A stretch of 25,017 nt of DNA, from positions 1-25,017 of the forward strand of contig JAWSUI010000052.1 of the NCBI GenBank assembly GCA_033551855.1. Direction: 5' to 3'. How positions within the stretch are numbered: the stretch's first letter is position 1; each line of letters starts with the position of its first letter. Below, in pieces: positions 1 through 7,886 of the stretch. The stretch comes from Deferrisomatales bacterium (lineage in GTDB: Bacteria > Desulfobacterota > Deferrisomatia > Deferrisomatales > JACRMM01). A program made the translations under genes and the position numbers. The notes under the pieces were generated by a model that ran no database searches, was not told the origin of the DNA, and saw only the letters and a program-made list of their open reading frames with translations.

Positions 1-982
1 CATCGGGAGCCACACCTGCGTGGAGCTGCTCCAGGCCGGGTGGGAGGTGACCGTGGTCGACAACCTCTCCAACAGCCGGGAGGAGTCGCTCCGCCGGGTC
101 CGGGAGCTCACCGGGCGGGAGCTCTCCTTCGCCAGGGTCGACCTATTGGACCGGGACGGGCTCCGGAAGGTGTTCCGCCGCGCCCCCTTCGACGCGGTCG
201 TCCACTTCGCGGGGCTCAAGGCGGTCGGGGAGTCCGTGACGATCCCCCTGCGCTACTACCACAACAACGTCACGGGAACCCTGGTCCTGTGCGAGGTGAT
301 GGCCGAGCACGGGGTGCGCGACCTCGTGTTCAGCTCCTCCGCCACGGTCTACGGGGACCCCCACGCGGTCCCCATCCGCGAGGACTTCCCCCTGGGCGCC
401 ACCAACCCCTACGGCCGCTCCAAGCTCATGATCGAGGAGATCCTCCGGGACCTCCACCGGGCCGAGCCCGCCTGGAACATCGCCCTGCTCCGCTACTTCA
501 ACCCGGTGGGCGCCCACCCCAGCGGCCGGATCGGAGAGGACCCCAACGGCATCCCCAACAACCTCCTGCCCTACCTGAGCCAGGTGGCCGTGGGGAAGCT
601 CCCGGAGCTCCGCGTCTTCGGGGACGACTACCCCACCCCGGACGGCACGGGGGTGCGCGACTACCTCCACGTGGTGGACCTGGCGGTGGGGCACCTGAGA
701 GCCCTGGAGAAGCTGCGGACGAAGCCCGGGGCGGAGGTCTGGAACCTGGGGACCGGGCGCGGCTACAGCGTCCTCGAGATGGTGGCGGCCTTCGAGAAGG
801 CCGCCGGGCGACGGATCCCCTACCGGGTCGTGGACCGGCGGCCCGGCGACATCGCCGTGTGCTACGCCGACCCCGCCAAGGCCGCCGCGGAGCTCGGCTG
901 GACCGCAACCCGGGGACTCGAGGAGATGGTCGCCGACACCTGGCGCTGGCAGGCCGCCAACCCGGAGGGGTATGGAGGGTGA
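1..982 (+). CDS. galE: UDP-glucose 4-epimerase (5'-truncated by window edge)
   Basis: Frame is open from position 2 ([10 protein letters not shown], the tail of the GxxGxIGSH Rossmann motif). Contains [20 protein letters not shown], the YxxxK motif (YGRSK), [10 protein letters not shown] and [11 protein letters not shown]. Stop TGA at 980-982. Confidence 0.95.
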   Translation, partial: IGSHTCVELLQAGWEVTVVDNLSNSREESLRRVRELTGRELSFARVDLLDRDGLRKVFRRAPFDAVVHFAGLKAVGESVTIPLRYYHNNVTGTLVLCEVMAEHGVRDLVFSSSATVYGDPHAVPIREDFPLGATNPYGRSKLMIEEILRDLHRAEPAWNIALLRYFNPVGAHPSGRIGEDPNGIPNNLLPYLSQVAVGKLPELRVFGDDYPTPDGTGVRDYLHVVDLAVGHLRALEKLRTKPGAEVWNLGTGRGYSVLEMVAAFEKAAGRRIPYRVVDRRPGDIAVCYADPAKAAAELGWTATRGLEEMVADTWRWQAANPEGYGG

Positions 983-986
983 CGCC

Positions 987-2216
987 TCACCAGCCGAACA
1001 GCCGGCGCAGGAACCGGCGTTCGGAGAGCTCGGGCACGTCCTCGCGGAGGATCTCGCGGCGCTTGACGGGCGGGGGCGGTTCGTCGGGTGGGGGGGGCTC
1101 ACCGGCGGGTGCCGGCTCCGGGTCCGGCGCGGTTGCCTCGGGGGAAGGGGCAACCGGCGCCGAGCCCTCCCGGGGAGCCGCGACCCGCTTCCCGGAGTCT
1201 GCCCGGTGCCGCCGGATCAGGGTCACGAGCTGGCGGTGGAGGGAGCCCACGGTCTCGAACTCCGCCCGCAGCCCTTCCGCGCCCCCTTCGACGGCGCCCA
1301 GGCGGCGCTCCAGTGCCGAGAGTCGCCCCTCCAGCGCGACCAGGGCATCCGCGGTCCCCTGGGGTGTCGGGATCGCCGGGGCCGGCGGCGCCTCGGCGAA
1401 GAGTCCGCCCGCACGGCGGGATTCGACCACGTCGTGCACCAGGTCGGCGCCGACGCACGGCACCCGCTCCCCGAAGCCGAAGACGAGGGCGGTGTCGCAC
1501 AGGATGTTCACGAGCCGCGGCACCCCGCCCGAGTGACGGAAGACCGCCTCCAGCGCCTCGTCGTCGAAGAGCTCCGCCCCGTTGGCGCCGGCCACCCGGA
1601 GGCGGTGCCGCACGTACGCCTTCACGTCCTCCAGGCCCATGGGTCCCAGGTGGCAGTGCACCGTCACCCGCTGGAGCACCTGTTCCAGCCCCTTCTCCCG
1701 AAGGCGGTCCCGCAGCTCCGGCTGCCCCACCAGGATGATCTGGAGGGGGGTGCGGTCCTCGGAGGCCAGGTTCGAGAGCATCCGGACCTCTTCGATGGTC
1801 TGCCGCGGCAGGTTCTGGGCTTCGTCCACGATCAGGACGACCCGGCGCCCCTCGTCGCGCTGCCGGGCCAAGTGGCGCCCCAAGGCCTCGAGGGCCTCGC
1901 GCTTGTCCATCCTCCTCACGTTCACGTCGGGGGCGAGGGCACGACACACCTGCTTGAGGAACTGCACCGGGGAGATGACGGTGTTGTCGAGCAGGGCGGT
2001 CTGCACCGCCCCGGAGAGCCCCCGGACGAGGAAGCGAATCAGGGTGGTCTTCCCCGAGCCGATCTCCCCGGTGATGACGACCAGCCCCTTGGACTCCTGC
2101 GACGCGTACCGCAGGTGCGTGTACACGTCGTCGTGGCCCGGGCTCAGGTAGACGTAGTCCGGGTCGGGGTGGAGCTCGAAGGGCTTGGCTGTGAGCCCGT
2201 AGAAGGCTTCGTACAT
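987..2216 (-). CDS. ExeA/GspA-like AAA ATPase (type also found in PEP-CTERM/EPS loci) with coiled-coil and Pro-rich C-terminal tail
   Basis: N-terminus MYEAFYGLTAKPFELHPDP, Walker A GEIGSGKT, Walker B LIVDEAQNL, LQIILVGQPEL and SGGVPRLVNILCD are ExeA-family signatures. Confidence 0.88.
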   Translation of the reverse strand: MYEAFYGLTAKPFELHPDPDYVYLSPGHDDVYTHLRYASQESKGLVVITGEIGSGKTTLIRFLVRGLSGAVQTALLDNTVISPVQFLKQVCRALAPDVNVRRMDKREALEALGRHLARQRDEGRRVVLIVDEAQNLPRQTIEEVRMLSNLASEDRTPLQIILVGQPELRDRLREKGLEQVLQRVTVHCHLGPMGLEDVKAYVRHRLRVAGANGAELFDDEALEAVFRHSGGVPRLVNILCDTALVFGFGERVPCVGADLVHDVVESRRAGGLFAEAPPAPAIPTPQGTADALVALEGRLSALERRLGAVEGGAEGLRAEFETVGSLHRQLVTLIRRHRADSGKRVAAPREGSAPVAPSPEATAPDPEPAPAGEPPPPDEPPPPVKRREILREDVPELSERRFLRRLFGW

Positions 2217-2273
2217 CCGCGCTGATCTCCCCGCAGGCCGCCCAGCGGCCGGCTCCTGCCGAAAAGGCCTGCA

Positions 2274-3167
2274 CTACCGCAGGGGCCCCCTCCACTTGTT
2301 CAGGAGAACCCCCAGCACCGGCAGGCCGCCCAGCTGGCCCAGGGCCCTCTGGACGGACCGCCTGGACGTGCGCTCCGCTTCCACCACCAGGAGGACCCCG
2401 TGCGCGAGCTCGCCGAGGAGCCGCGCCCCGGGGCCTTCCGAGAGGGCGGGGCCGTCCAGGATCACCAGGGTCTCGGGGTGCGCCGCGTCGAAAGCGGCCA
2501 ACGGATCCGGAGGGGCCGTGCCGACCCGACCCTCGTCTTGGCCGGGGAGCGGACCCTCCCAGGACGTCAGCCACAGCCCCGGCAGCCCGGAGGCGACCGG
2601 GGCCGCCCCGCCCCGGGCCCCTCGCCCCCGGGCGGCATCCCACCCCAGCACACGACCCAGGGAGCCCGGGCCGGGGGCTGCGTCCACCAGCAGCGTGGGC
2701 CGCCGGAGCTCCCCGGAGAGGCTCAGGGCCAGGTGCAGCGCCGTGAAGGAGCTTCCCGCCCCGGGGTCCGGGCTCGTCACCAGCAGGCTCCTGCCCCCAA
2801 CCCGCTCCAAGCGCGCCAGGACCTGTGACCGGAGCCCCCGGAGCTGCTCGAACACCCGCCCGTCCCAGCAGGCGGCCCGGATCTTCTCGGCGACGCCGGG
2901 CGCGGACGGCTCGGGGATCGATGCCGCCGCGCCCGGGCTCTCGACTCGACCCTCGACCCCGCCCTCACCCCTGCCCTGGATTCTACCCTCACCGCGGACC
3001 TCGACCCCACGGTCAACGCTGCTCCTGCCTCCCACCTCGGCGCGGCTCGTGACGCCACCTTCGACCCCACCCTCACCCCTACCCTCTCCCTGAGGGAGAG
3101 GGGGAGAAGGCGCTGTCCTCCTGCCCTCTTCTTCCGCGCGCAGCAGCGCCTTCTTGAGCTTGTTCAT
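2274..3167 (-). CDS. CpsD/CapB (Wzc C-terminal) BY-kinase-like protein with degenerate catalytic motifs
   Basis: Likely start MNKLKKALLRA at 3167 with AGGA upstream. EQLRGLRSQV, LLVTSPDPGAGSS, TLLVDA, VILDGP, GVLLVVEAERTS and VLGVLLNK match the CpsD/CapB fold. Confidence 0.78.
   Translation of the reverse strand: MNKLKKALLRAEEEGRRTAPSPPLPQGEGRGEGGVEGGVTSRAEVGGRSSVDRGVEVRGEGRIQGRGEGGVEGRVESPGAAASIPEPSAPGVAEKIRAACWDGRVFEQLRGLRSQVLARLERVGGRSLLVTSPDPGAGSSFTALHLALSLSGELRRPTLLVDAAPGPGSLGRVLGWDAARGRGARGGAAPVASGLPGLWLTSWEGPLPGQDEGRVGTAPPDPLAAFDAAHPETLVILDGPALSEGPGARLLGELAHGVLLVVEAERTSRRSVQRALGQLGGLPVLGVLLNKWRGPLR
3070..3102. repeat. REP-like palindrome inside the kinase-like CDS
   Basis: CCCTCACCCCTA-CCCTCTCCC-TGA-GGGAGAGGG, read in frame as PLPQGEGRGEG. 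Confidence 0.7.
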
Positions 3168-3387
3168 CGAGGTCCTGCCGGCAGGAAATTTCCGCCCGGG
3201 CCTCCGCCGAGGGCGGAGCGGCGCGCTCGGCAAACGCGCCGTGCCGTTTGGGTTCTCTTCCGCATCGTGTGGGTATCCGCCTCCCCGGTCGCCCTTCCCG
3301 GCAGCCGGGGGCCGGGTGAGACCTCCCCGCCGCCGAAGACCCCACGCCTCCCTCCCCTTCCCGAAATAGGGGTGCTGCCTTTCGTTT

Positions 3388-3486
3388 CCCTCCCCTTCAA
3401 GGGGAGGGCAAGGGTGGGGATGGGGTGTCGCAAGGGGGGAGGAGCACCGGGGGGCAAGCGCCGCCCACACAGATCGCGACAGAACC
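3388..3486 (-). repeat. 99-bp composite repeat, copy 1 (IS6-like end + TTCAA palindrome)
   Basis: Minus strand: GGTTCTGTCGCGATCTGTG ... CCCATCCCCACCCTTGCCCTCCCCTTGAAGGGGAGGG. Same length as the copy at 22134-22232. Confidence 0.85.
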
Positions 3487-5133
3487 TCAAAAGATCACGC
3501 TCCGGGCCACCAGGGCCTGCAGGTCCGGCCAGAGGGTCGCCAGGGGCCCGACGTGGCGGTCCAGCGTCACCCCCAGGGCCGCCAGCCCCCCGGCGCCGGC
3601 CAGCGACCAGGCCGCCCGGCGAAGTCCACGCCGGCGCCTCTCTTCGGGCCGCACCCCGTAAGGCAGCACCGCCAGCACGGGCAACCCGGCCAGGGTCCCG
3701 AGCCCTTCCGGGGTCTTGACGGAGCGGTCCAGCACGTCCCGCAGCAGCGCCGCCCCCACGGCGAGGACGAGGGACACCAGGAGCCCGACGAGAAAGATCG
3801 CGCCGCGGTTGGGCTCCACCCGCTCCACCTCCGCAGCGGCGGTCCCCACCCGCCGGTACCGGACCGACTCGGGCGCGGGGGCCGTCCCTGCCGCCTGGAG
3901 ACCTTCGGCCCGAGCCCTCACCTCCGCCAGGCGGGCTCTCGCCTCCTCGAGCTCCCGGTTGAGGCGGGCCCACTCCCTCTCGGCATCGGCAGCCGCCATC
4001 GCCTGGGGCGACCCCGTGCGGGCCGCCGACGCGGCCGCCTGCTGCCGCAGGCGGGCCGAGTCGTTCCGCAGCGCCCCCCGCTCGCGCTCCAGGGCGTCGA
4101 GCTCCCGCTGCACCGTCGCGAGCTCCCCCTCCAGGGCCCCGCGGGCCGGGTTGGGCACCTCCCTCCGCGCGCGCGCCGCAGCCCGGGCCGCGCGCTCGCG
4201 CTCCTCTGCCGCCAGGCGCTCTTCCCGCCGGCGGTGCTCGGCGGCCAGGCCCTCCGCCGCGCCCCGGAGCCGGACCACGTCGGGGTGCCGCGGGCCCAGG
4301 ATGCGCTCGAGCGCCGCGAGCTGGTTCTGCAGGTCCTGTAGCCTGGCGGCCCTCGCCTCGTCCTCCGGGCTCGGGGCAGGCGGGCTCCCCTGCGGGGGAA
4401 GCGGCTCCTCCACCACGATCGTCGGGGGGGTTCCGGCGAGCTCCGCCCGCAGCGCCGCCCGACGCTCCTCCAGCCGACCCGCCCGGCGCCCCAGCTCCTC
4501 CAGCTCCCGGCCGATCTGCTCGGCCCGGCGCAGCTCCTCCGCCGCCCGCTCAAGCCGCAGGGCCTCGTCGGCCCGCTCCGCTTCGCGCGCCCGCCCGAAG
4601 GCAGCCAACTCCGTCTCCAGAGCCGACACCGCCGCCTCCGCCCCCCGCCGCTCCTCCTCGAGACCCGCCCCCGGGGCGGCAGGGGGCCGCGCGTCCGGGC
4701 GGCGCTCATTCTCGGCGAGGAAGAGGGCCGCGACCCCCTCCGCCGCCCCGGCCGCGGCCCCGGGGTCCCGGGCCGTGACGGTCACCGAGAAGCCCACCAC
4801 ATCCGCCCGCTCCCCCCCGCCGGCGGTCGCCCGAAGCGCCAGCTTCCGGCCCAGGGCCTCGGCCACCTCGCCGGGGGGGCGTCCTGCCGGGAGCTCGAGC
4901 CCCTGGACCACGCGAAGGAGAGCCTCGGAGGAGAGCACCTGCGCCCCCGCCGCCTCCAGCCACGCCGCAGGAGACCCGGCCCCGGCCTGCACCGCGCCCG
5001 GAACCTCCGCTTCCAGCCGAGTGGACGCCCGATAGACGGGGGGAGCCAGGAGGGAGGCCCCGGCGGACAGCAGGGCCAGAAGGAAGACGGCGGAGAGCAG
5101 CAGCACCCTCCGCCGTCGGATGAACCCGCTCAA
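3487..5133 (-). CDS. Wzz/GumC-like polysaccharide co-polymerase (chain-length determinant), membrane-anchored periplasmic coiled coil
   Basis: TTG start with GAGGAGG RBS. N-terminal TM followed by PPVYRASTRL, a long coiled coil with HPDVVRLR, then EPNR + TM + DRSVKT...GLPVLAVLP, and a further C-terminal hydrophobic segment. Confidence 0.82.
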   Translation of the reverse strand: MSGFIRRRRVLLLSAVFLLALLSAGASLLAPPVYRASTRLEAEVPGAVQAGAGSPAAWLEAAGAQVLSSEALLRVVQGLELPAGRPPGEVAEALGRKLALRATAGGGERADVVGFSVTVTARDPGAAAGAAEGVAALFLAENERRPDARPPAAPGAGLEEERRGAEAAVSALETELAAFGRAREAERADEALRLERAAEELRRAEQIGRELEELGRRAGRLEERRAALRAELAGTPPTIVVEEPLPPQGSPPAPSPEDEARAARLQDLQNQLAALERILGPRHPDVVRLRGAAEGLAAEHRRREERLAAEERERAARAAARARREVPNPARGALEGELATVQRELDALERERGALRNDSARLRQQAAASAARTGSPQAMAAADAEREWARLNRELEEARARLAEVRARAEGLQAAGTAPAPESVRYRRVGTAAAEVERVEPNRGAIFLVGLLVSLVLAVGAALLRDVLDRSVKTPEGLGTLAGLPVLAVLPYGVRPEERRRRGLRRAAWSLAGAGGLAALGVTLDRHVGPLATLWPDLQALVARSVIF

Positions 5134-5254
5134 GCGTCCTCCTCAGGAAAGACCGTCACACACCTCCTGGGGTCAGGACCCCCCAACCCGCCCCTTGGCA
5201 GCATTCCCCCTCCGAGCTCCCCCTTGTCCGTCCCCCTCCCCTTCACAGCATTCT

Positions 5255-5343
5255 CCCTCCCCTTCAAGGGGAGGGTCGGGGTGGGGATGGGTCTGGATAC
5301 GGGACCCCATCCCCCTCCCAGCCTCCCCCCTTGCAGGGGGAGG
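5255..5343. repeat. Paired TTCAA-palindrome repeats (type A 5255-5291, type B 5305-5343)
   Basis: CCCTCCCCTTCAAGGGGAGGGTCGGGGTGGGGATGGG followed by an inverted variant CCCCATCCCCCTCCCAGCCTCCCCCC-TTGCA-GGGGGAGG. Confidence 0.9.
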
Positions 5344-5400
5344 AAGCCGCAGGGAAGGGGTGCGGTGGGAATCAGGTCTGGGATGGAAGCGCTCCGCCCC

Positions 5401-6003
5401 TCAAAACCGAACGAGCACCCCCAGGCCGACGTCGTGGGTCCGGTACCGGTACGGGAAGCGGCCGTCAAACTTGTTCTTGAAGCGGTCCTCCGACGTGCTG
5501 AAGTACCGATACCCCAAGTCGAGGGAAACCACAGGGCTCAGGTGAAACTCGAGACCGCCCCCGAGTTGGTAGGCTCCTTGGAGCCGGTTGTCGTTTGCCA
5601 CCTTGACGCCTTCGACCTTCGCATCATCGATGAAGGTCCACGCGCCGCCACCTCCAACCAGCCCGTAGGGGCTGACGACCGGCCCCGTGTTCGCAGCCAC
5701 CACGGCGTTGATCAGGAACCCTGCCACGCGGATGTGCCCCCGGGCATCTCCCGCGGCGGTGCGGTCGAGCTCGTTCTGCCGGTACGAGACCTCTCCCTCC
5801 AAGCGGAGCCGCCCATAGCCCCGGTTCCACTCGTGCCCGTGGGCGGCGGCCACGCTCAGGAACCTCTTCACTTCCAGATCCTTGTAATCGTGGGGCACTG
5901 TGTAACCGACGCGGCCCGACACGTAGGGCTCGCCGGCCCCGAAGGAGACCGAAGTCACCGCTAGACAGAGAGTCAGAACAACGAGGGCAATCGTTCGAAT
6001 CAC
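5401..6003 (-). CDS. Outer-membrane beta-barrel protein (OmpA-like/Opa-like small barrel)
   Basis: GTG start with GGGAGG RBS, signal peptide, RLEGEVSYRQN, SPYGLVGGGG, AYQLGGG, LDLGYRYF, and a C-terminal Phe (GVLVRF). Confidence 0.85.
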   Translation of the reverse strand: MIRTIALVVLTLCLAVTSVSFGAGEPYVSGRVGYTVPHDYKDLEVKRFLSVAAAHGHEWNRGYGRLRLEGEVSYRQNELDRTAAGDARGHIRVAGFLINAVVAANTGPVVSPYGLVGGGGAWTFIDDAKVEGVKVANDNRLQGAYQLGGGLEFHLSPVVSLDLGYRYFSTSEDRFKNKFDGRFPYRYRTHDVGLGVLVRF

Positions 6004-6132
6004 GGCTGATCCTCCCTATGGACGTGCCCGGCACGGGCCATTCCCACCCAGCGATCCATCGCAGGGACAGCCGGTCGGGCCGCCCGCCAGCGAAGACTCC
6101 TGCGCTCTCGGCGAGAGCGCCCTGCCCGCTCT

Positions 6133-6567
6133 CTACTCCACGCCCCACAGGAGCGCCTTGTAGACAAAGCCGCTCCGGCCGCTCTCGTGGCGCACCTCGG
6201 CCCAGTCCCCCACGGACCGCAGGACCTGGAACGCCACGCCCTCCTGCGCCCGAAGGACCACCTCGTGGCCCGTGCCCGGCCCCCCGCGCACGTTCACCCC
6301 CGCCCGGGTCACGACGGCGCAGCGGCCGCCGCCCACGTCCCCTTGGCGGACCCACCCCCTTCGGCCCCGGTAGTCCGCGACCTCGTAGAAGCGGTCCCTC
6401 TCCGCGGCCACCGCAAGCGGGTAGTGGGTCGGCGCCTCCAGCACTACGGAGGAACCCTCCGAGGGGGACATCCGCACCGCCGCCGACTGCCCGGTCACGC
6501 ACACCACCTGGGCGGAGGCCAGGCTGGTGGAGAGGATCAGGAACCCCATCACCAACACATATCTCAT
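6133..6567 (-). CDS. Exported tandem bacterial SH3-domain protein
   Basis: Signal peptide MRYVLVMGFLILSTSLASA. Two SH3b-like repeats (VRMSPS...GWV and VNVRGGPGT...GDWAEVRH...GFVYKALLWG). Confidence 0.85.
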   Translation of the reverse strand: MRYVLVMGFLILSTSLASAQVVCVTGQSAAVRMSPSEGSSVVLEAPTHYPLAVAAERDRFYEVADYRGRRGWVRQGDVGGGRCAVVTRAGVNVRGGPGTGHEVVLRAQEGVAFQVLRSVGDWAEVRHESGRSGFVYKALLWGVE

Positions 6568-6655
6568 CCCTGCCGCCCTCCCTTTCAGCACTTGCTCGCT
6601 CCCCGATCCACTCTCTCCCCCCCTGCTTCAAACCCAATCCCCTCCCCCGCAATCC

Positions 6656-6890
6656 CCCTCCCCTTCAAGGGGAGGGCCGGGGTGGGGATGGGTCTTCAAA
6701 CTCGCCTTCGCATTCACGTAGCTACAAGCCCTACCCCACCCTCACCCCATCCCCCTCCCTACTTCCCCCTTGTCCGTCCCCCTCCCCTTCAAGGGGAGGG
6801 CCGGGGTGGGGATGGGTCTGGCCCTCCCGGCTTGCCACCCCCCTGTTTGAAACCCCATCCCCCTCCCTGCCTCCCCCTTGAAGGGGGAGG
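6656..6890. repeat. Cluster of TTCAA-palindrome repeats (type A 6656-6692 and 6780-6816, type B 6853-6890)
   Basis: Two identical CCCTCCCCTTCAAGGGGAGGGCCGGGGTGGGGATGGG copies plus an inverted variant. Confidence 0.9.
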
Positions 6891-6909
6891 AGGCCGTAGG
6901 GGAGAGGAG

Positions 6910-7884
6910 CTACCTTCCCCCGCCCCCCTCCTTCTGCAGCGCCTCCAGGTTCTCCCTCGCCTGCTCCACGATGAGCTGGCCTAGGCGGTCCAAGTTCTCC
7001 TTCGCCCGCACGTAGTAGGCGGGGTTGATCTCCATCGCCCGGTTGAAGGCGGCCTCGGCGTCGGCCCACCGCCCCTGCAGGGTGTAGAGGTAGCCCATGT
7101 TGTTCTGGGCCGCGGCCTTGCCCACGGTGCCCTCGAAGAGGGACAGGGCCCTGTCCTCCCTCCCCGTCATTCCGTAGGCCAGCGCCAGGTTGTTGCGCGC
7201 CACGGGGTCCGAGCCGTCGAGGGCCACCGCGCGCTCCAGGGGGGCGACGGCGTCAGCGTAGCGCTTCTGCCGCAGGTAGTTAAACCCCAGGTTGTTCCAG
7301 GCCCGGGCGGAGTCGGTCTTCTCGGCGGCCAACCGGAAGAGCGGCTCCGCGAACGCCTCTTGCCCGGCGGCCTCGTAGGTAAGCGCCAATTCCTCCAGGA
7401 TCACCGGATCCTCGGGAGAGAGCTCCACAGCCCGCCGCAGGTGCCGCAGGGACTCGTCGTGCCGGCTCTGGGCCCGGTGCACCCGGCCCAGGCCGATGCG
7501 GGCGGGCACGGAATCGGGGGCCACCTCCGCGGCCCGGGCAAAGGCCCCGCGGGCCTCGTCGGTCCGCCCCTGGACCCGCAGCACCTCCCCGAGACCCGAG
7601 AGGGCGGGCTCCATTCCGGGTTCCTTGGCCAAGGCCGTGGAGAAGTAGAACTCGGCGACGCCGTAGTTGCCCTGGGCCGCGCTCGCCCTGCCGCTCTCCA
7701 CGAGCACGTCCACCGGCAGGTCCGCGCTCCGCGGGTGCACGGCCCCCTCGGCCAGGGGCGGCCGGGGAGGCAGCGGCCCGGCGGGCGCCTGCTTTCCTCC
7801 CGTCGCGCACCCCGCCGCCAGGAGCAGGGGGAGCGCTAAGGCCCACGCGAAGGCGCCCCTCGGGCGCACCCGGTCTTTGCCCAC
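6910..7884 (-). CDS. TPR-repeat lipoprotein, TadD-like
   Basis: GTG start 2 nt after the tadC stop. Lipobox LAAG-C and multiple TPRs (AWNNLGFNYL, ARNNLALAY, AQNNMGYLY). Position directly after tadC. Confidence 0.8.
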   Translation of the reverse strand: MGKDRVRPRGAFAWALALPLLLAAGCATGGKQAPAGPLPPRPPLAEGAVHPRSADLPVDVLVESGRASAAQGNYGVAEFYFSTALAKEPGMEPALSGLGEVLRVQGRTDEARGAFARAAEVAPDSVPARIGLGRVHRAQSRHDESLRHLRRAVELSPEDPVILEELALTYEAAGQEAFAEPLFRLAAEKTDSARAWNNLGFNYLRQKRYADAVAPLERAVALDGSDPVARNNLALAYGMTGREDRALSLFEGTVGKAAAQNNMGYLYTLQGRWADAEAAFNRAMEINPAYYVRAKENLDRLGQLIVEQARENLEALQKEGGGGR

Positions 7885-7886
7885 CG

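Noticed and set aside
3168..3470. N-terminal extension of the kinase-like ORF to 3470
   Set aside because: It translates intergenic repeat DNA (PHPCPPLEGEG); Met 3167 has an RBS and a plausible N-terminus.
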